DNA of 64,000 nt from Bacteroidota bacterium (lineage in GTDB: Bacteria > Bacteroidota > Bacteroidia > Bacteroidales > GCA-2748055): NCBI GenBank assembly GCA_039714775.1, contig JBDLIQ010000005.1, forward strand, positions 923 through 64,922, read 5' to 3'. Both the position numbers and the translations under genes were made by a program. Within the stretch, counting starts at the first letter, position 1. The number at the start of each line of letters is the position of its first letter. The notes under the pieces were generated by a model, which searched no databases, was not told the DNA's origin, and was given only the letters and a program-made list of their open reading frames with translations. This document shows positions 1 through 8,778 of this stretch, piece by piece.

Positions 1-932
1 GAGAGTTTTCAGGATTTACCTACTTCGACAGACTTGGAAACTCAAAGGAATTTGATTGTTTTAGCAATGCCATTAGGACAAATAAAAAGTTTATTGCCAC
101 TGATGTGATTCTCGTTGGAGTTAGCGAACCGTATTCAGCGAGAAATGGAAATAAACTATTTTGGATTTTTGGTTCTTCTTTGATAGGCTGCATCGTATGG
201 CTTCTTTTGATTTCAGCTACAAGTTTTGATACCGAAGAGCTTAATCGGGTTAAAGCAGGGAAGCCTGACATAGAAGCTCAACAGGATTTGAAAGATTTTC
301 TTGGTTACATAACATTTAAGGCTGGTTATGTTGTTACGCCACTGATTCTGTATGGTATTGTTATAATGTTTTTTGCATTGGTTCTTGGAGGACATGGCTT
401 CTTTTCATTTAAAGGAGCTGATTTAATCAAATTCGGAGCTAATTATAGTCCATTGACAAAAGGTGGTGATTGGTGGAGACTTCTTTCATGCGTTTTTCTT
501 CATGGAGGAATCATGCATTTGATTTTGAATATTTCAGGATTAGTCTTCGTATCAGCCATTCTTGAGCCAGTTTTGGGACATTTTAAATATCTGCTACTAT
601 TTCTAATCTCAGGTATTCTTGCAAGTTTGACAAGTTTATGGTGGCATGATTCGGTTTTGAGTATAGGCGCATCTGGTGCGATTTTCGGACTTTATGGAGC
701 ATTTCTATCTCTATATCTTACGAAAACAATACCCGATGAAGTTGGAAGGTTCTTTTTGATATTTTCATTGATTTTTGTTGTACTTAATCTTCTGTTTGGG
801 CTATCAGAAGGAATTGATAATGCTGCTCATATCGGTGGGCTTTTGAGTGGATTTATAATTGGATTGGCTTTTTATCCAATTATGGTGATTGAGAATAAAG
901 CGAAAGGAAGTTTGGCTTCCAAAAAGCGGTAA
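1..932 (+). CDS. Rhomboid family intramembrane serine protease (5' end probably outside the window)
   Basis: ORF 105..932 is a multi-TM protein with rhomboid hallmarks: WWRLLSCVFLHGGIMHLILN, catalytic GASGAIFG and AHIGGLLSG. The frame stays open from nt 3 to the GTG at 105 with no in-frame ATG/GTG/TTG, so the true start is either GTG 105 or upstream of the window. Confidence 0.85.
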   Translation, partial: EFSGFTYFDRLGNSKEFDCFSNAIRTNKKFIATDVILVGVSEPYSARNGNKLFWIFGSSLIGCIVWLLLISATSFDTEELNRVKAGKPDIEAQQDLKDFLGYITFKAGYVVTPLILYGIVIMFFALVLGGHGFFSFKGADLIKFGANYSPLTKGGDWWRLLSCVFLHGGIMHLILNISGLVFVSAILEPVLGHFKYLLLFLISGILASLTSLWWHDSVLSIGASGAIFGLYGAFLSLYLTKTIPDEVGRFFLIFSLIFVVLNLLFGLSEGIDNAAHIGGLLSGFIIGLAFYPIMVIENKAKGSLASKKR

Positions 933-1185
933 ATGTGGCGATAAAACGTAAGGATTCAGATAAGCACAGCCACTACCATAGGGCATGACACCCCCTACGG
1001 GGTACTCCCTCCACCACTCCTAATTCATTGACAATCAAGGTATCCAAAATTACTTTGAGTTGAAATCAATCATGGTGAATACCTAAGGGTGTGATACACA
1101 GATGATTGCGCCAAGTAAAAAATTTCTGGAAATAAAAATTACAAATCGTAAAAGGTGGTCGTTATATTGCAAATTTCATTGCAAA

Positions 1186-1226
1186 TGAAAACAGAGACCT
1201 AACCAGTGTATAGGCTAAGTCTCTGT
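1186..1226 (-). terminator. Putative terminator hairpin downstream of tRNA-Gly
   Basis: On the minus strand an 8-bp stem (ACAGAGAC/GTCTCTGT, 1191-1198 and 1219-1226) is followed by TTTTC. It lies about 10 nt past the tRNA 3' end. Confidence 0.4.
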
Positions 1227-1235
1227 TAATCAAAG

Positions 1236-1307
1236 AGCGGGAAACGGGGATTGAACCCGCGACCCTCAGCTTGGGAAGCTGATGCTCTACCACTGAGCTA
1301 CTCCCGC
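1236..1307 (-). tRNA. tRNA-Gly (anticodon CCC)
   Basis: I folded the minus-strand 72-mer by hand: GCGGGAG-TA-GCTC-AGTGGTA-GAGC-A-TCAGC-TTCCCAA-GCTGA-GGGTC-GCGGG-TTCAATC-CCCGT-TTCCCGC-T. It forms a full cloverleaf with anticodon loop TT-CCC-AA. CCA is not encoded. Confidence 0.93.
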
Positions 1308-1331
1308 ATTGAGGACAAATTTACATCTTTT

Positions 1332-3296
1332 TTACAATTGTTGGCCAGGTTGCTGTTCAAAATTGGAGAAGCTGTGTTCGTAGTCTTCCATATGGTCAAA
1401 GGAGTACCTGTAGCTCATGGGTACGATCTGGTTGTACTCATCCACGGTAGCCCCTGAGAGGCAAGCATCGATGATGCGTTTTCCTGTCTGCAGCAGGTCC
1501 CCTTTCAGAAACTTCTGCAGCTCCTCCTTGAAGAAGCTTTCCAGCATTTCAGCCCCCGCGTCATACCCTTCAGTGCCTACTTCGTTTTGCTTGTAAACCT
1601 TCAGGAAACGGGAGGGGATCTTGGAACCCTCGATGGTCAGGTAGTTCAGCTCGTACCCCAGCAGGGAACAACGGGCAGGCTGGTACTGGTCACCCCTTAG
1701 CCGGGCCTCACCCCGGCGGGTAAGGTATTCGCGCATAAGCAGCTGAGGCCGGAATCCTACCTTCCAGACTCCGATATGCTGGTTGGGTGTCAGGGTGTAG
1801 GTGGTACGGGGTGTTTCGATGATCTGCTTCAGCAGCATATTGGCGTGGTCAATCTGTTTGCCCGTTGCAAAGGGCCAGTAGGAGCCAACCCCTTCACTCT
1901 CCATTTTGTTGCTCGATACAATACTGGGATTTTTATGACCCCTGGGGGCCACCAGCCGCCACAGCCAGGCCAGGGTGGGGGGCAGGATCTGGAAAAGACC
2001 CAGGATCCCGTAATTGGGCTCCTCCCTGGAGCAGCTGGGTGTACGAAGTCCGAAGCTCCGGATATCAACGGATACTGGTCGGTCTATCACATCATTTACC
2101 GCGTTTCTGGGCAATACGATACGTGGATTGGGGCACCGTTTCCCGGGTTCATCCTCGATATGGTTCCAGATCAGGGCTGGGGAGCGTGGTGTGGTCCTGA
2201 TATTCAGGAACAACAGAGGACAACAGGAATTGATGGTGGTCTTCTCCAGCTTGGGATCATCCCCATATTCATTCACACTGTCCACCCTGATAAACCAGGC
2301 ATTTTCTGCATCTACGATCCTGAGCTTGCCGTCAGGCCGCTGCACTGAAGGGTGACAGAAAGCCATATCGTCGGCAACGGGATTGAAGGAACAGAACCTG
2401 GGAATGGTAATATATCGCTCCTCTTCAGTTAACATGTTCTTTCCCAGGGATACCCGGCCATCGGGTTCCCGCATGATATACTGATGCATTTCACTTTTGC
2501 CGCCTCCGGAGGCTCCTTCGTGCATAAAGGTGGTGATGTTGTCATAAGGGCTGATCGATTGTACAGCAGAACAGTGGGCGGTGACCCAGCCCTCCCTCTC
2601 TCCCTGGGCAAGCAGGACTCCATACAAGCCTTTCTTGGCGCTGGGTCCAGGGTAGAGGTTGTAGGCATAAAGCTCATGCATCCCATCCATACGCTTATGC
2701 ACCACCACCTGTTTTCCTTCGAAATGGGTATGCCGGAAAACAGGTGCCACCAGGATGGCCGATTCAATCTTTGCCCCTTTCGTGAGTTCCTCCACCGGTT
2801 TGATCTCCTGCAACATGGAGAGTCCCATGGCAAAAAAGGCTGCATTGGAGGGCACCACGGCCACTCCCAAAGATCCTATTCCTGCGCGCCCTGCAAAATA
2901 GAAAAAGAGAGAAAGGTCCTGCTGCTTCATCCATACCAGGGTCTCCTCCTGCAGGAGGGCAAAGTCATAGCCATACTTCTCCTTAAAGCGCTTTTTATCG
3001 CTGGGAAGCTCATCAGCAATCACCATGGTTTCAGGATCCCTCCGGCGCATGTAGGCCTCGGTATAGTTGGCAGAGATCCCGTTCTCCACACGGTGTACCA
3101 CAACCTCTGTATATTCCCCCTTGCCGGGCACCTCATATTTCACCTCAAATTCATCCTCTCCTGCTGTCCCGGTGGAAGCCTGAGCCAGCGCTTCAACGGT
3201 ATTAAATACGGTCAGGGATTTACAGGAGTTTATCAGGTCGGTAATATGGGCGGGCAGGGTTATGCTCTTTGACTTTAATTCACGAATCAGCTCCAT
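1332..3296 (-). CDS. DUF4914-like uncharacterised P-loop protein
   Basis: 654-aa ORF. Its length and sequence resemble the Bacteroidota DUF4914 family. It has a single Walker-A-like GASGGGKSE of the HprK/PEPCK style (GxSGxGKSE). Confidence 0.6.
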   Translation of the reverse strand: MELIRELKSKSITLPAHITDLINSCKSLTVFNTVEALAQASTGTAGEDEFEVKYEVPGKGEYTEVVVHRVENGISANYTEAYMRRRDPETMVIADELPSDKKRFKEKYGYDFALLQEETLVWMKQQDLSLFFYFAGRAGIGSLGVAVVPSNAAFFAMGLSMLQEIKPVEELTKGAKIESAILVAPVFRHTHFEGKQVVVHKRMDGMHELYAYNLYPGPSAKKGLYGVLLAQGEREGWVTAHCSAVQSISPYDNITTFMHEGASGGGKSEMHQYIMREPDGRVSLGKNMLTEEERYITIPRFCSFNPVADDMAFCHPSVQRPDGKLRIVDAENAWFIRVDSVNEYGDDPKLEKTTINSCCPLLFLNIRTTPRSPALIWNHIEDEPGKRCPNPRIVLPRNAVNDVIDRPVSVDIRSFGLRTPSCSREEPNYGILGLFQILPPTLAWLWRLVAPRGHKNPSIVSSNKMESEGVGSYWPFATGKQIDHANMLLKQIIETPRTTYTLTPNQHIGVWKVGFRPQLLMREYLTRRGEARLRGDQYQPARCSLLGYELNYLTIEGSKIPSRFLKVYKQNEVGTEGYDAGAEMLESFFKEELQKFLKGDLLQTGKRIIDACLSGATVDEYNQIVPMSYRYSFDHMEDYEHSFSNFEQQPGQQL

Positions 3297-3362
3297 CTTC
3301 TATCAAATTTTCGCCGAAGCTAATGAATTCTGATCGATTTGAAATGTTACCGGGGTATATAT

Positions 3363-5651
3363 TTACAGTTTATCAGTCTTTTCCATATGCAAATGTGCAT
3401 GCACCATGCGCAATACCCCGTAACTGTATTTGCCATTAAATGCTTTGTACACCTCGGCGGAACCTTCGGATGATTTTTGCAACATCTCAGCCACCTCAGT
3501 GACAACCTCTTCGGAAAGCAGATCCGGAAGATGTACCTCACCGGCCTCAATGCCCCTGACAACATGACTTTCAATGGTTGACAGGGCCAATCCCCTGGAA
3601 GCAGCAACCTCTTTAATGGATTTGCCCTCCTTCAGAAGGGCATATGTCTTTTTATAGGTTGCCCCCTTTTCAAGTTTTGCACCTTTTTTGCGTTTTCGTC
3701 CGGTTTTGCGTTTACTGAATTTTGGATTTTCATCTGCTGCCTTTTCGGCCATCTCCCAAAGTTCAATCCTGCGCTGAGCAATCTCTTTGTTCTCCCTTTC
3801 CGGTTTTGTGATCTCTTCGCCGGACAGGATGCAGTTTGTGATGTGTGTCGCCTTTATCAACTCACTCAGGGATTTCATCATCAGCTGGTCAATCTCGCTT
3901 AAGGCGTTCCGGTAGGTCTTGGTACGTGTAAAACGTTCTACCTCTGCCAGGTGCACCAAAAGCTGACGCAGGTTCTCCTCCATAAAATCGCTGTAATAGG
4001 CACTGCCCCGGGCGATGCGTTCAAGGAGCATCTCCTGGTTACCCTCTCCAATGATCCGTTGCAGCTGTTTTCTGAAGGTTGCTGTATTCTGCTCTTCTCC
4101 CCGGATGCGATCCTGTATAATACCAATAGCCTGCTGCATCGATTCATCCTCAAACTCCATTTTGCCGGCTTTGTAGTTTTGCAGATGATCCAATTGCTTT
4201 GCAATTCCGGAAAAATCGAAAGTGGAGATGAGCAGTCGCTCCAGAAATCTCCTTTGCTCCACCTGCAACACTTCCGGCAGTGGCCTTTGTTGTTCACTGC
4301 TCCTGGTAAAGGTCACCACATCTTTGTCGCTGAATATGGATGATGTATCTATCCGGGTACGCAACACCAAACCCTCCAGACTCCGCAGGCGGCTGAGTGC
4401 TACGTAAACCTGACCGGGCGCAAAGGCCTGACCCACATCAATGATCGCTTTTTCAAATGTCAGCCCCTGGCTTTTATGCACGGTGACTGCCCAGGCCAGT
4501 TTGATTGGGAATTGCTCAAAGGTTCCTGTCACCTCCTCCTCCAGCTCTTTGGTCTCCTCATCGATGGTGTATTTCTTATTCTCCCACTGCTCTTTTTGAA
4601 GCACAAATTCCTGATTGGTATCGGACATGATAACCGTAATATCCTCATCATCAATTTGACCTACCCGTGCCAGTTTCCCATTGAAATAGCGCTTCTCCCC
4701 GCTGCTGTCGTTTTTAATAAACATCACCTGGGCGCCCGGTTTCAGTTCAATTCTATCGGGCAGGGGATATAACTTCTCCGGAAAATCTCCTCCAACATAT
4801 GCATCGAAAAAGGAGGAGGGGCCAGGCAGTGCTTCCAACGCTTTTGCATTGATGTTGTCGGCTATGTAGTTGTGGGTGGTGATTGTAATAATCTCCTGAT
4901 CATCACCTGCCTGCCCGCCGGAAGTTGTCTGACTGTTGTTCTGATAGTAACTGTTGAGTGTGTCAACATCCTCCCTGGTGGTGATGTTATTTCGGAGATT
5001 ATTAAGGATACCGATAAATTTCTGATCCTTCTGGCGAAAGATCTCATCCAGTTCAATATAGACCATCCCATCCTTTTTCAGGGCGAGTGCTTCAAAAAAA
5101 TGCATGCTTCTGTAGTGGTTCTGCAACAAAGACCATTCATCCTCTTTAACGATCGTTGGTAGCTGGTAGAGGTCGCCAATCATAAGAAGCTGTGCCCCTC
5201 CAAAACTCTGGGAGTAATTGCCCTTTGCGCTGCGCATGCGGTAGTCGATGGCATCCAGAATATCTGCACGAAGCATACTCACCTCGTCAATAATCAGCAG
5301 GTCAGTGGCCCGCAACACCTGTTTGCGAAGACTGTTCAGGGTGTGCTTTCGGGTAAGGGTATGTTGTGTATAGAAGTATGCAGCTGTGCTGAAGTTACCG
5401 GCCGGTTCTCTCACGGGAATAAAACTGCCAAAAGGCAAAAGGAACTGTGAGTGGATGGTGACGCCCTGGGCATTTAGTGCAGCAATACCTGTGGGTGCCA
5501 CGATGACAAAATTCTTGTGTGTCTTCAGAGCGAGATCTCTCAGAAAGGTGGTTTTTCCCGTACCTGCCTTGCCGGTCAGGAAGATATGACTGTGTGTGCT
5601 GTTGATAAACTGTGCCGCAAGTTGCAGCCGCTCTGTTTGTACATGGGACAT
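3363..5651 (-). CDS. Pif1/RecD-like SF1 helicase with C-terminal helix-turn-helix domain
   Basis: Walker A is FLTGKAGTGKTT, followed by VIVAPTGIAALN, DEVSMLR, and VHKSQG...ALSRL motifs. The C-terminal HTH-like segment is SIKEVAASRGLALSTIESHV. I prefer the start at ATG 5651 (MSHVQ...) over the track's 5750, because that leaves a normal divergent spacer to cinA. Confidence 0.85.
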   Translation of the reverse strand: MSHVQTERLQLAAQFINSTHSHIFLTGKAGTGKTTFLRDLALKTHKNFVIVAPTGIAALNAQGVTIHSQFLLPFGSFIPVREPAGNFSTAAYFYTQHTLTRKHTLNSLRKQVLRATDLLIIDEVSMLRADILDAIDYRMRSAKGNYSQSFGGAQLLMIGDLYQLPTIVKEDEWSLLQNHYRSMHFFEALALKKDGMVYIELDEIFRQKDQKFIGILNNLRNNITTREDVDTLNSYYQNNSQTTSGGQAGDDQEIITITTHNYIADNINAKALEALPGPSSFFDAYVGGDFPEKLYPLPDRIELKPGAQVMFIKNDSSGEKRYFNGKLARVGQIDDEDITVIMSDTNQEFVLQKEQWENKKYTIDEETKELEEEVTGTFEQFPIKLAWAVTVHKSQGLTFEKAIIDVGQAFAPGQVYVALSRLRSLEGLVLRTRIDTSSIFSDKDVVTFTRSSEQQRPLPEVLQVEQRRFLERLLISTFDFSGIAKQLDHLQNYKAGKMEFEDESMQQAIGIIQDRIRGEEQNTATFRKQLQRIIGEGNQEMLLERIARGSAYYSDFMEENLRQLLVHLAEVERFTRTKTYRNALSEIDQLMMKSLSELIKATHITNCILSGEEITKPERENKEIAQRRIELWEMAEKAADENPKFSKRKTGRKRKKGAKLEKGATYKKTYALLKEGKSIKEVAASRGLALSTIESHVVRGIEAGEVHLPDLLSEEVVTEVAEMLQKSSEGSAEVYKAFNGKYSYGVLRMVHAHLHMEKTDKL

Positions 5652-5737
5652 GAAACGAAAGTAACAACAATTTGGCTTGTATCCTCCCTCAATCGGGGAG
5701 TAATTGATACCTTTGTCCCGGTCTAAAAAAAAAATAA

Positions 5738-6982
5738 GTGAATAGTGCACTGATCACCATAGGAGATGAGATCCTGATCGGCCAGGTGACCGACACCAAT
5801 GCGGTGTGGATCTCCACGCAGTTGAACAGGATCGGGGTTTCGGTGGGGGAGATGGTCACTGTTTCGGATGAGCCAGGACAGATAACATCCACCCTGGACC
5901 GCTACCTGGGAAGGTACGGCCTGGTGATTATGACGGGGGGATTGGGTCCTACTAAGGATGACCTCACCAAACAGACCCTGGCCACCTACTTTGAGAGCTC
6001 CATGGTAACCGTACCCGCGGTGCTGGAGAAGATCACAGCGTTCTTTAAGGAGCGGGGCAGGAGCATGATCGATTCCAACATCAGGCAGGCAGATGTGCCT
6101 GAAATTTGCGAGGTGTTGATGAACAACCATGGAACTGCGCCGGGAATGTGGTTTGAGAAGGATGGTACCGTCCTGATCTCCCTGCCCGGAGTGCCCTATG
6201 AGATGAAGGGACTGATGGAGGAGCAGGTATTGCCAAGGCTCGGAAAACTGGTGGATGTTCCCAACGTGGTGCACCGCACCATCATGACCCAGGGGGTCCC
6301 GGAATCCTACCTTGCTGTGCTTTTAAGGGAGTGGGAAGAGGGTCTGCCAGATTGCATTAAGCTGGCCTATCTGCCCAGACCGGGGATTGTCAGGTTGCGG
6401 CTGACCGCATCGGGACAGTGTGCCAGGGAATCGAAAGAGATGCTTGAGGTAATGGAGAGTAAATTGCTGAAGATCATACCACAACATATTTTTGGCTATG
6501 ACGACATCAGCCTGGAGGAGGCCCTGGGTGTTCTGTTGCTTGAAAAGGGTCTGTCCGTGGCAACAGCAGAGAGTTGTACCGGCGGGAACATCGCCCGCCT
6601 GATCACATCGGTACCCGGCAGTTCGGGATACTATACCGGATCGGTGATCGCCTACAAGAACAGGATCAAAACAGAAGTTTTGAATGTGGATGAGTCAGTT
6701 ATTAACAGGCTGGGAGTGGTGAGCCAGCCGGTGGTTGAACAGATGGCAAAAGGGGTTCAGGAGCGGTTTGGGACCGATGCTGCAATAGCCACCTCGGGTA
6801 TCGCCGGTCCCGATGGGGGTACAGATGAAAAGCCTGTAGGAACAACATGGATATCAGTAACATATGGTGATAAGGTGCTGGCGAAAAAGTTTCGCTTTGG
6901 GGGTACCCGGGAGCGGATCATCGCCCAGGCTTCCTATACAGCCATGCAGCTGCTCCGAAGGCTTATTCTGGATATGGTTTAG
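5738..6982 (+). CDS. cinA: CinA family protein (MoCF-type N-domain plus NMN amidohydrolase-like C-domain)
   Basis: N-terminus ALITIGDEILIGQVTDTNAVWIS and C-terminal domain SVATAESCTGGNIA...ATSGIAGPDGG. GTG start. Confidence 0.9.
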   Translation: MNSALITIGDEILIGQVTDTNAVWISTQLNRIGVSVGEMVTVSDEPGQITSTLDRYLGRYGLVIMTGGLGPTKDDLTKQTLATYFESSMVTVPAVLEKITAFFKERGRSMIDSNIRQADVPEICEVLMNNHGTAPGMWFEKDGTVLISLPGVPYEMKGLMEEQVLPRLGKLVDVPNVVHRTIMTQGVPESYLAVLLREWEEGLPDCIKLAYLPRPGIVRLRLTASGQCARESKEMLEVMESKLLKIIPQHIFGYDDISLEEALGVLLLEKGLSVATAESCTGGNIARLITSVPGSSGYYTGSVIAYKNRIKTEVLNVDESVINRLGVVSQPVVEQMAKGVQERFGTDAAIATSGIAGPDGGTDEKPVGTTWISVTYGDKVLAKKFRFGGTRERIIAQASYTAMQLLRRLILDMV

Positions 6983-7089
6983 TTGAGGAGTTTTAAACCG
7001 ATTTTTTATCTCAAAGGCTTGGTAATCTCGTAAATTATAGCGTAATTTGCGGCTCGTTAAAAGAATCGATCTGAAAATTCAAAAGTGAT

Positions 7090-7332
7090 ATGTCAAAAAT
7101 TTGTCAGATAACAGGAAAAAAGATGATGGTGGGAAACAATGTATCTCACTCAAAAAGAAGAACTAAAAGGACTTTCCAGCCCAATCTGTTTGATAAGAAG
7201 TTCTATCTTGAGGAGGAGAAGAGGTATGTCTCCCTTCGTGTTTCCGCACAGGGAATCCGCACCATCAATAAGAACGGACTGAAGTCCACACTGGACAGTG
7301 CCGTAAAAAAAGGATTTCTTAAATCTTATTAA
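7090..7332 (+). CDS. rpmB: 50S ribosomal protein L28
   Basis: [33 protein letters not shown] is a typical L28 sequence. Confidence 0.97.
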   Translation: MSKICQITGKKMMVGNNVSHSKRRTKRTFQPNLFDKKFYLEEEKRYVSLRVSAQGIRTINKNGLKSTLDSAVKKGFLKSY

Positions 7333-7342
7333 ATAGCAGGAA

Positions 7343-7528
7343 ATGGCAAAAAGTAAAGGAAACAGGGTCCAGGTGATTCTCGAGTGCACAGAGCACAAAG
7401 AGAGCGGAATGCCTGGTACTTCCCGATACATTACAACCAAGAACAGGAAGAACACTCCCGACAGGTTGGAGCAGAAGAAGTACAACCCCATATTGAAAAA
7501 AGTAACAGTTCATCGCGAAATCAAATAA
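7343..7528 (+). CDS. rpmG: 50S ribosomal protein L33
   Basis: [19 protein letters not shown]...[23 protein letters not shown] is a typical L33 sequence. Confidence 0.97.
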   Translation: MAKSKGNRVQVILECTEHKESGMPGTSRYITTKNRKNTPDRLEQKKYNPILKKVTVHREIK

Positions 7529-7539
7529 GGATCTGAGAA

Positions 7540-7692
7540 ATGGCAAAAAAAGTTGTTGCATCATTACAGAGCGGCGAAGGAAGGAATTTTACCAAATGTA
7601 TTAAGATGGTACGTTCCGAAAAGAGCGGCGCATATGCATTCGAAGAGGAGATGGTTCATAACGACCACATCAAAGATTTCTTCTCCAAGTAA
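7540..7692 (+). CDS. DUF4295-like small protein (50 aa), absent from the supplied ORF track
   Basis: Hand translation gives MAKKVVASLQSGEGRNFTKCIKMVRSEKSGAYAFEEEMVHNDHIKDFFSK. It starts 12 nt after rpmG. A small gene in this position after L28/L33 is typical of Bacteroidota. Confidence 0.75.
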   Translation: MAKKVVASLQSGEGRNFTKCIKMVRSEKSGAYAFEEEMVHNDHIKDFFSK

Positions 7693-7759
7693 TCGCTTTA
7701 TAATATTTTCGAATAAAAGCTTTCTTGAAAAAGAGGGCTTTTTTTATATCTGAACCACC

Positions 7760-8701
7760 ATGGGTATTTTCTCCAGAGAGAAGAAGAAGAACCTGGACAA
7801 GGGACTTGAGAAGACCAAAGAGAGTGTCTTCAAGAAGCTCTCCAGGGCCGTGGTTGGAAAATCCAGGGTGGATGATGAGGTTCTGGACAACCTTGAGGAG
7901 GTGTTGATTACATCCGATGTGGGTGTGGATACCACCCTGAAAATCATTGAGAGGATCGAAGCCCGGGTTTCAAAAGAAAAGTTTTTAAATACCAGCGAAT
8001 TAACCTCTATTCTTAAGGAGGAGATTGCTTCGCTGCTCGAGGAGAACAGCTCCCAGCTGGTGGCCTCATTCGATGACCCGCTTCCCGGTAAGCCCTATGT
8101 GATCATGGTGGTTGGCGTAAACGGGGTGGGAAAAACCACCACCATCGGAAAACTTGCATATCACTATAAACAGGCGGGAAAGCGCGTAATCATTGGAGCA
8201 GCTGACACCTTCAGGGCTGCAGCCGTTGACCAGATCACCATCTGGGCAGAGAGGGTCGGGGTGGATATTGTGAAGCAGGATATGGGCTCCGATCCGGCAT
8301 CAGTGGCCTTCGACACACTCTCATCGGCCCTGTCGACCAATGCCGATGTAGTTATCATTGATACGGCAGGACGCCTGCACAACAAGGTGAACCTGATGAA
8401 TGAACTGAGCAAGATCCGGCGGGTGATGCAAAAAGTGATCCCCGATGCACCCCATGAGATATTACTCATTCTGGACGGTTCCACAGGTCAGAATGCCTTT
8501 GAGCAGGTTAAACAGTTCACCCTTGCAACGGAGGTAAATGCACTGGCACTTACCAAACTGGACGGCACTGCCAAAGGCGGGGTTGTGCTTGGAGTCTCCG
8601 ATCAGTTCCGGATCCCTGTGAAATACATCGGGATCGGGGAGAAGCTCGATGACCTTCAGGTCTTCGACAGGGTAGAGTTTGTTGACAGCCTTTTCAGCTA
8701 G
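7760..8701 (+). CDS. ftsY: Signal recognition particle receptor FtsY
   Basis: SRP-GTPase motifs GVNGVGKTTTIGKLA, DTAGRLHNK and LTKLDGTAKGG. Confidence 0.96.
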   Translation: MGIFSREKKKNLDKGLEKTKESVFKKLSRAVVGKSRVDDEVLDNLEEVLITSDVGVDTTLKIIERIEARVSKEKFLNTSELTSILKEEIASLLEENSSQLVASFDDPLPGKPYVIMVVGVNGVGKTTTIGKLAYHYKQAGKRVIIGAADTFRAAAVDQITIWAERVGVDIVKQDMGSDPASVAFDTLSSALSTNADVVIIDTAGRLHNKVNLMNELSKIRRVMQKVIPDAPHEILLILDGSTGQNAFEQVKQFTLATEVNALALTKLDGTAKGGVVLGVSDQFRIPVKYIGIGEKLDDLQVFDRVEFVDSLFS

Positions 8702-8754
8702 TCTTTGCAAGAACCGAGTTTTCACGAGCTCAGCGAAGCTAAAACGCCAAATAC
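8699..8754 (+). repeat. Dispersed intergenic repeat, copy A (begins at the ftsY TAG stop)
   Basis: tagtctttgcaagaaccgagttttcacgagctcagcgaagctaaaacgccaaata matches 45441-45496 at all but 4 positions over 56 nt. Confidence 0.8.
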
Positions 8755-8778
8755 TGGGATTTACAGATACCAGCTAAC

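Noticed and set aside
5652-5750. N-terminal extensions proposed by the ORF track for several genes (helicase to 5750, sulfatase from 35491, OsmC from 38501, TrpB2 to 41142, kinase from 43356, leuA to 55405, SRAP to 63482, flavodoxin to 22341).
   Set aside because: The extensions overlap neighbouring genes or repeats, or precede the conserved family N-termini (MC.. for SRAP, a signal peptide for the sulfatase, MSVRTAKSQW for OsmC). I chose the internal starts instead.
7322-7338. 17-nt exact match aatcttattaaatagca, shared with 15512-15528.
   Set aside because: One copy spans the rpmB stop codon and the other lies in the promoter/5' region of the TPR gene. The sequence is AT-rich, and a single 17-mer coincidence in 64 kb over both strands is not strongly improbable. 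No extended similarity flanks it.
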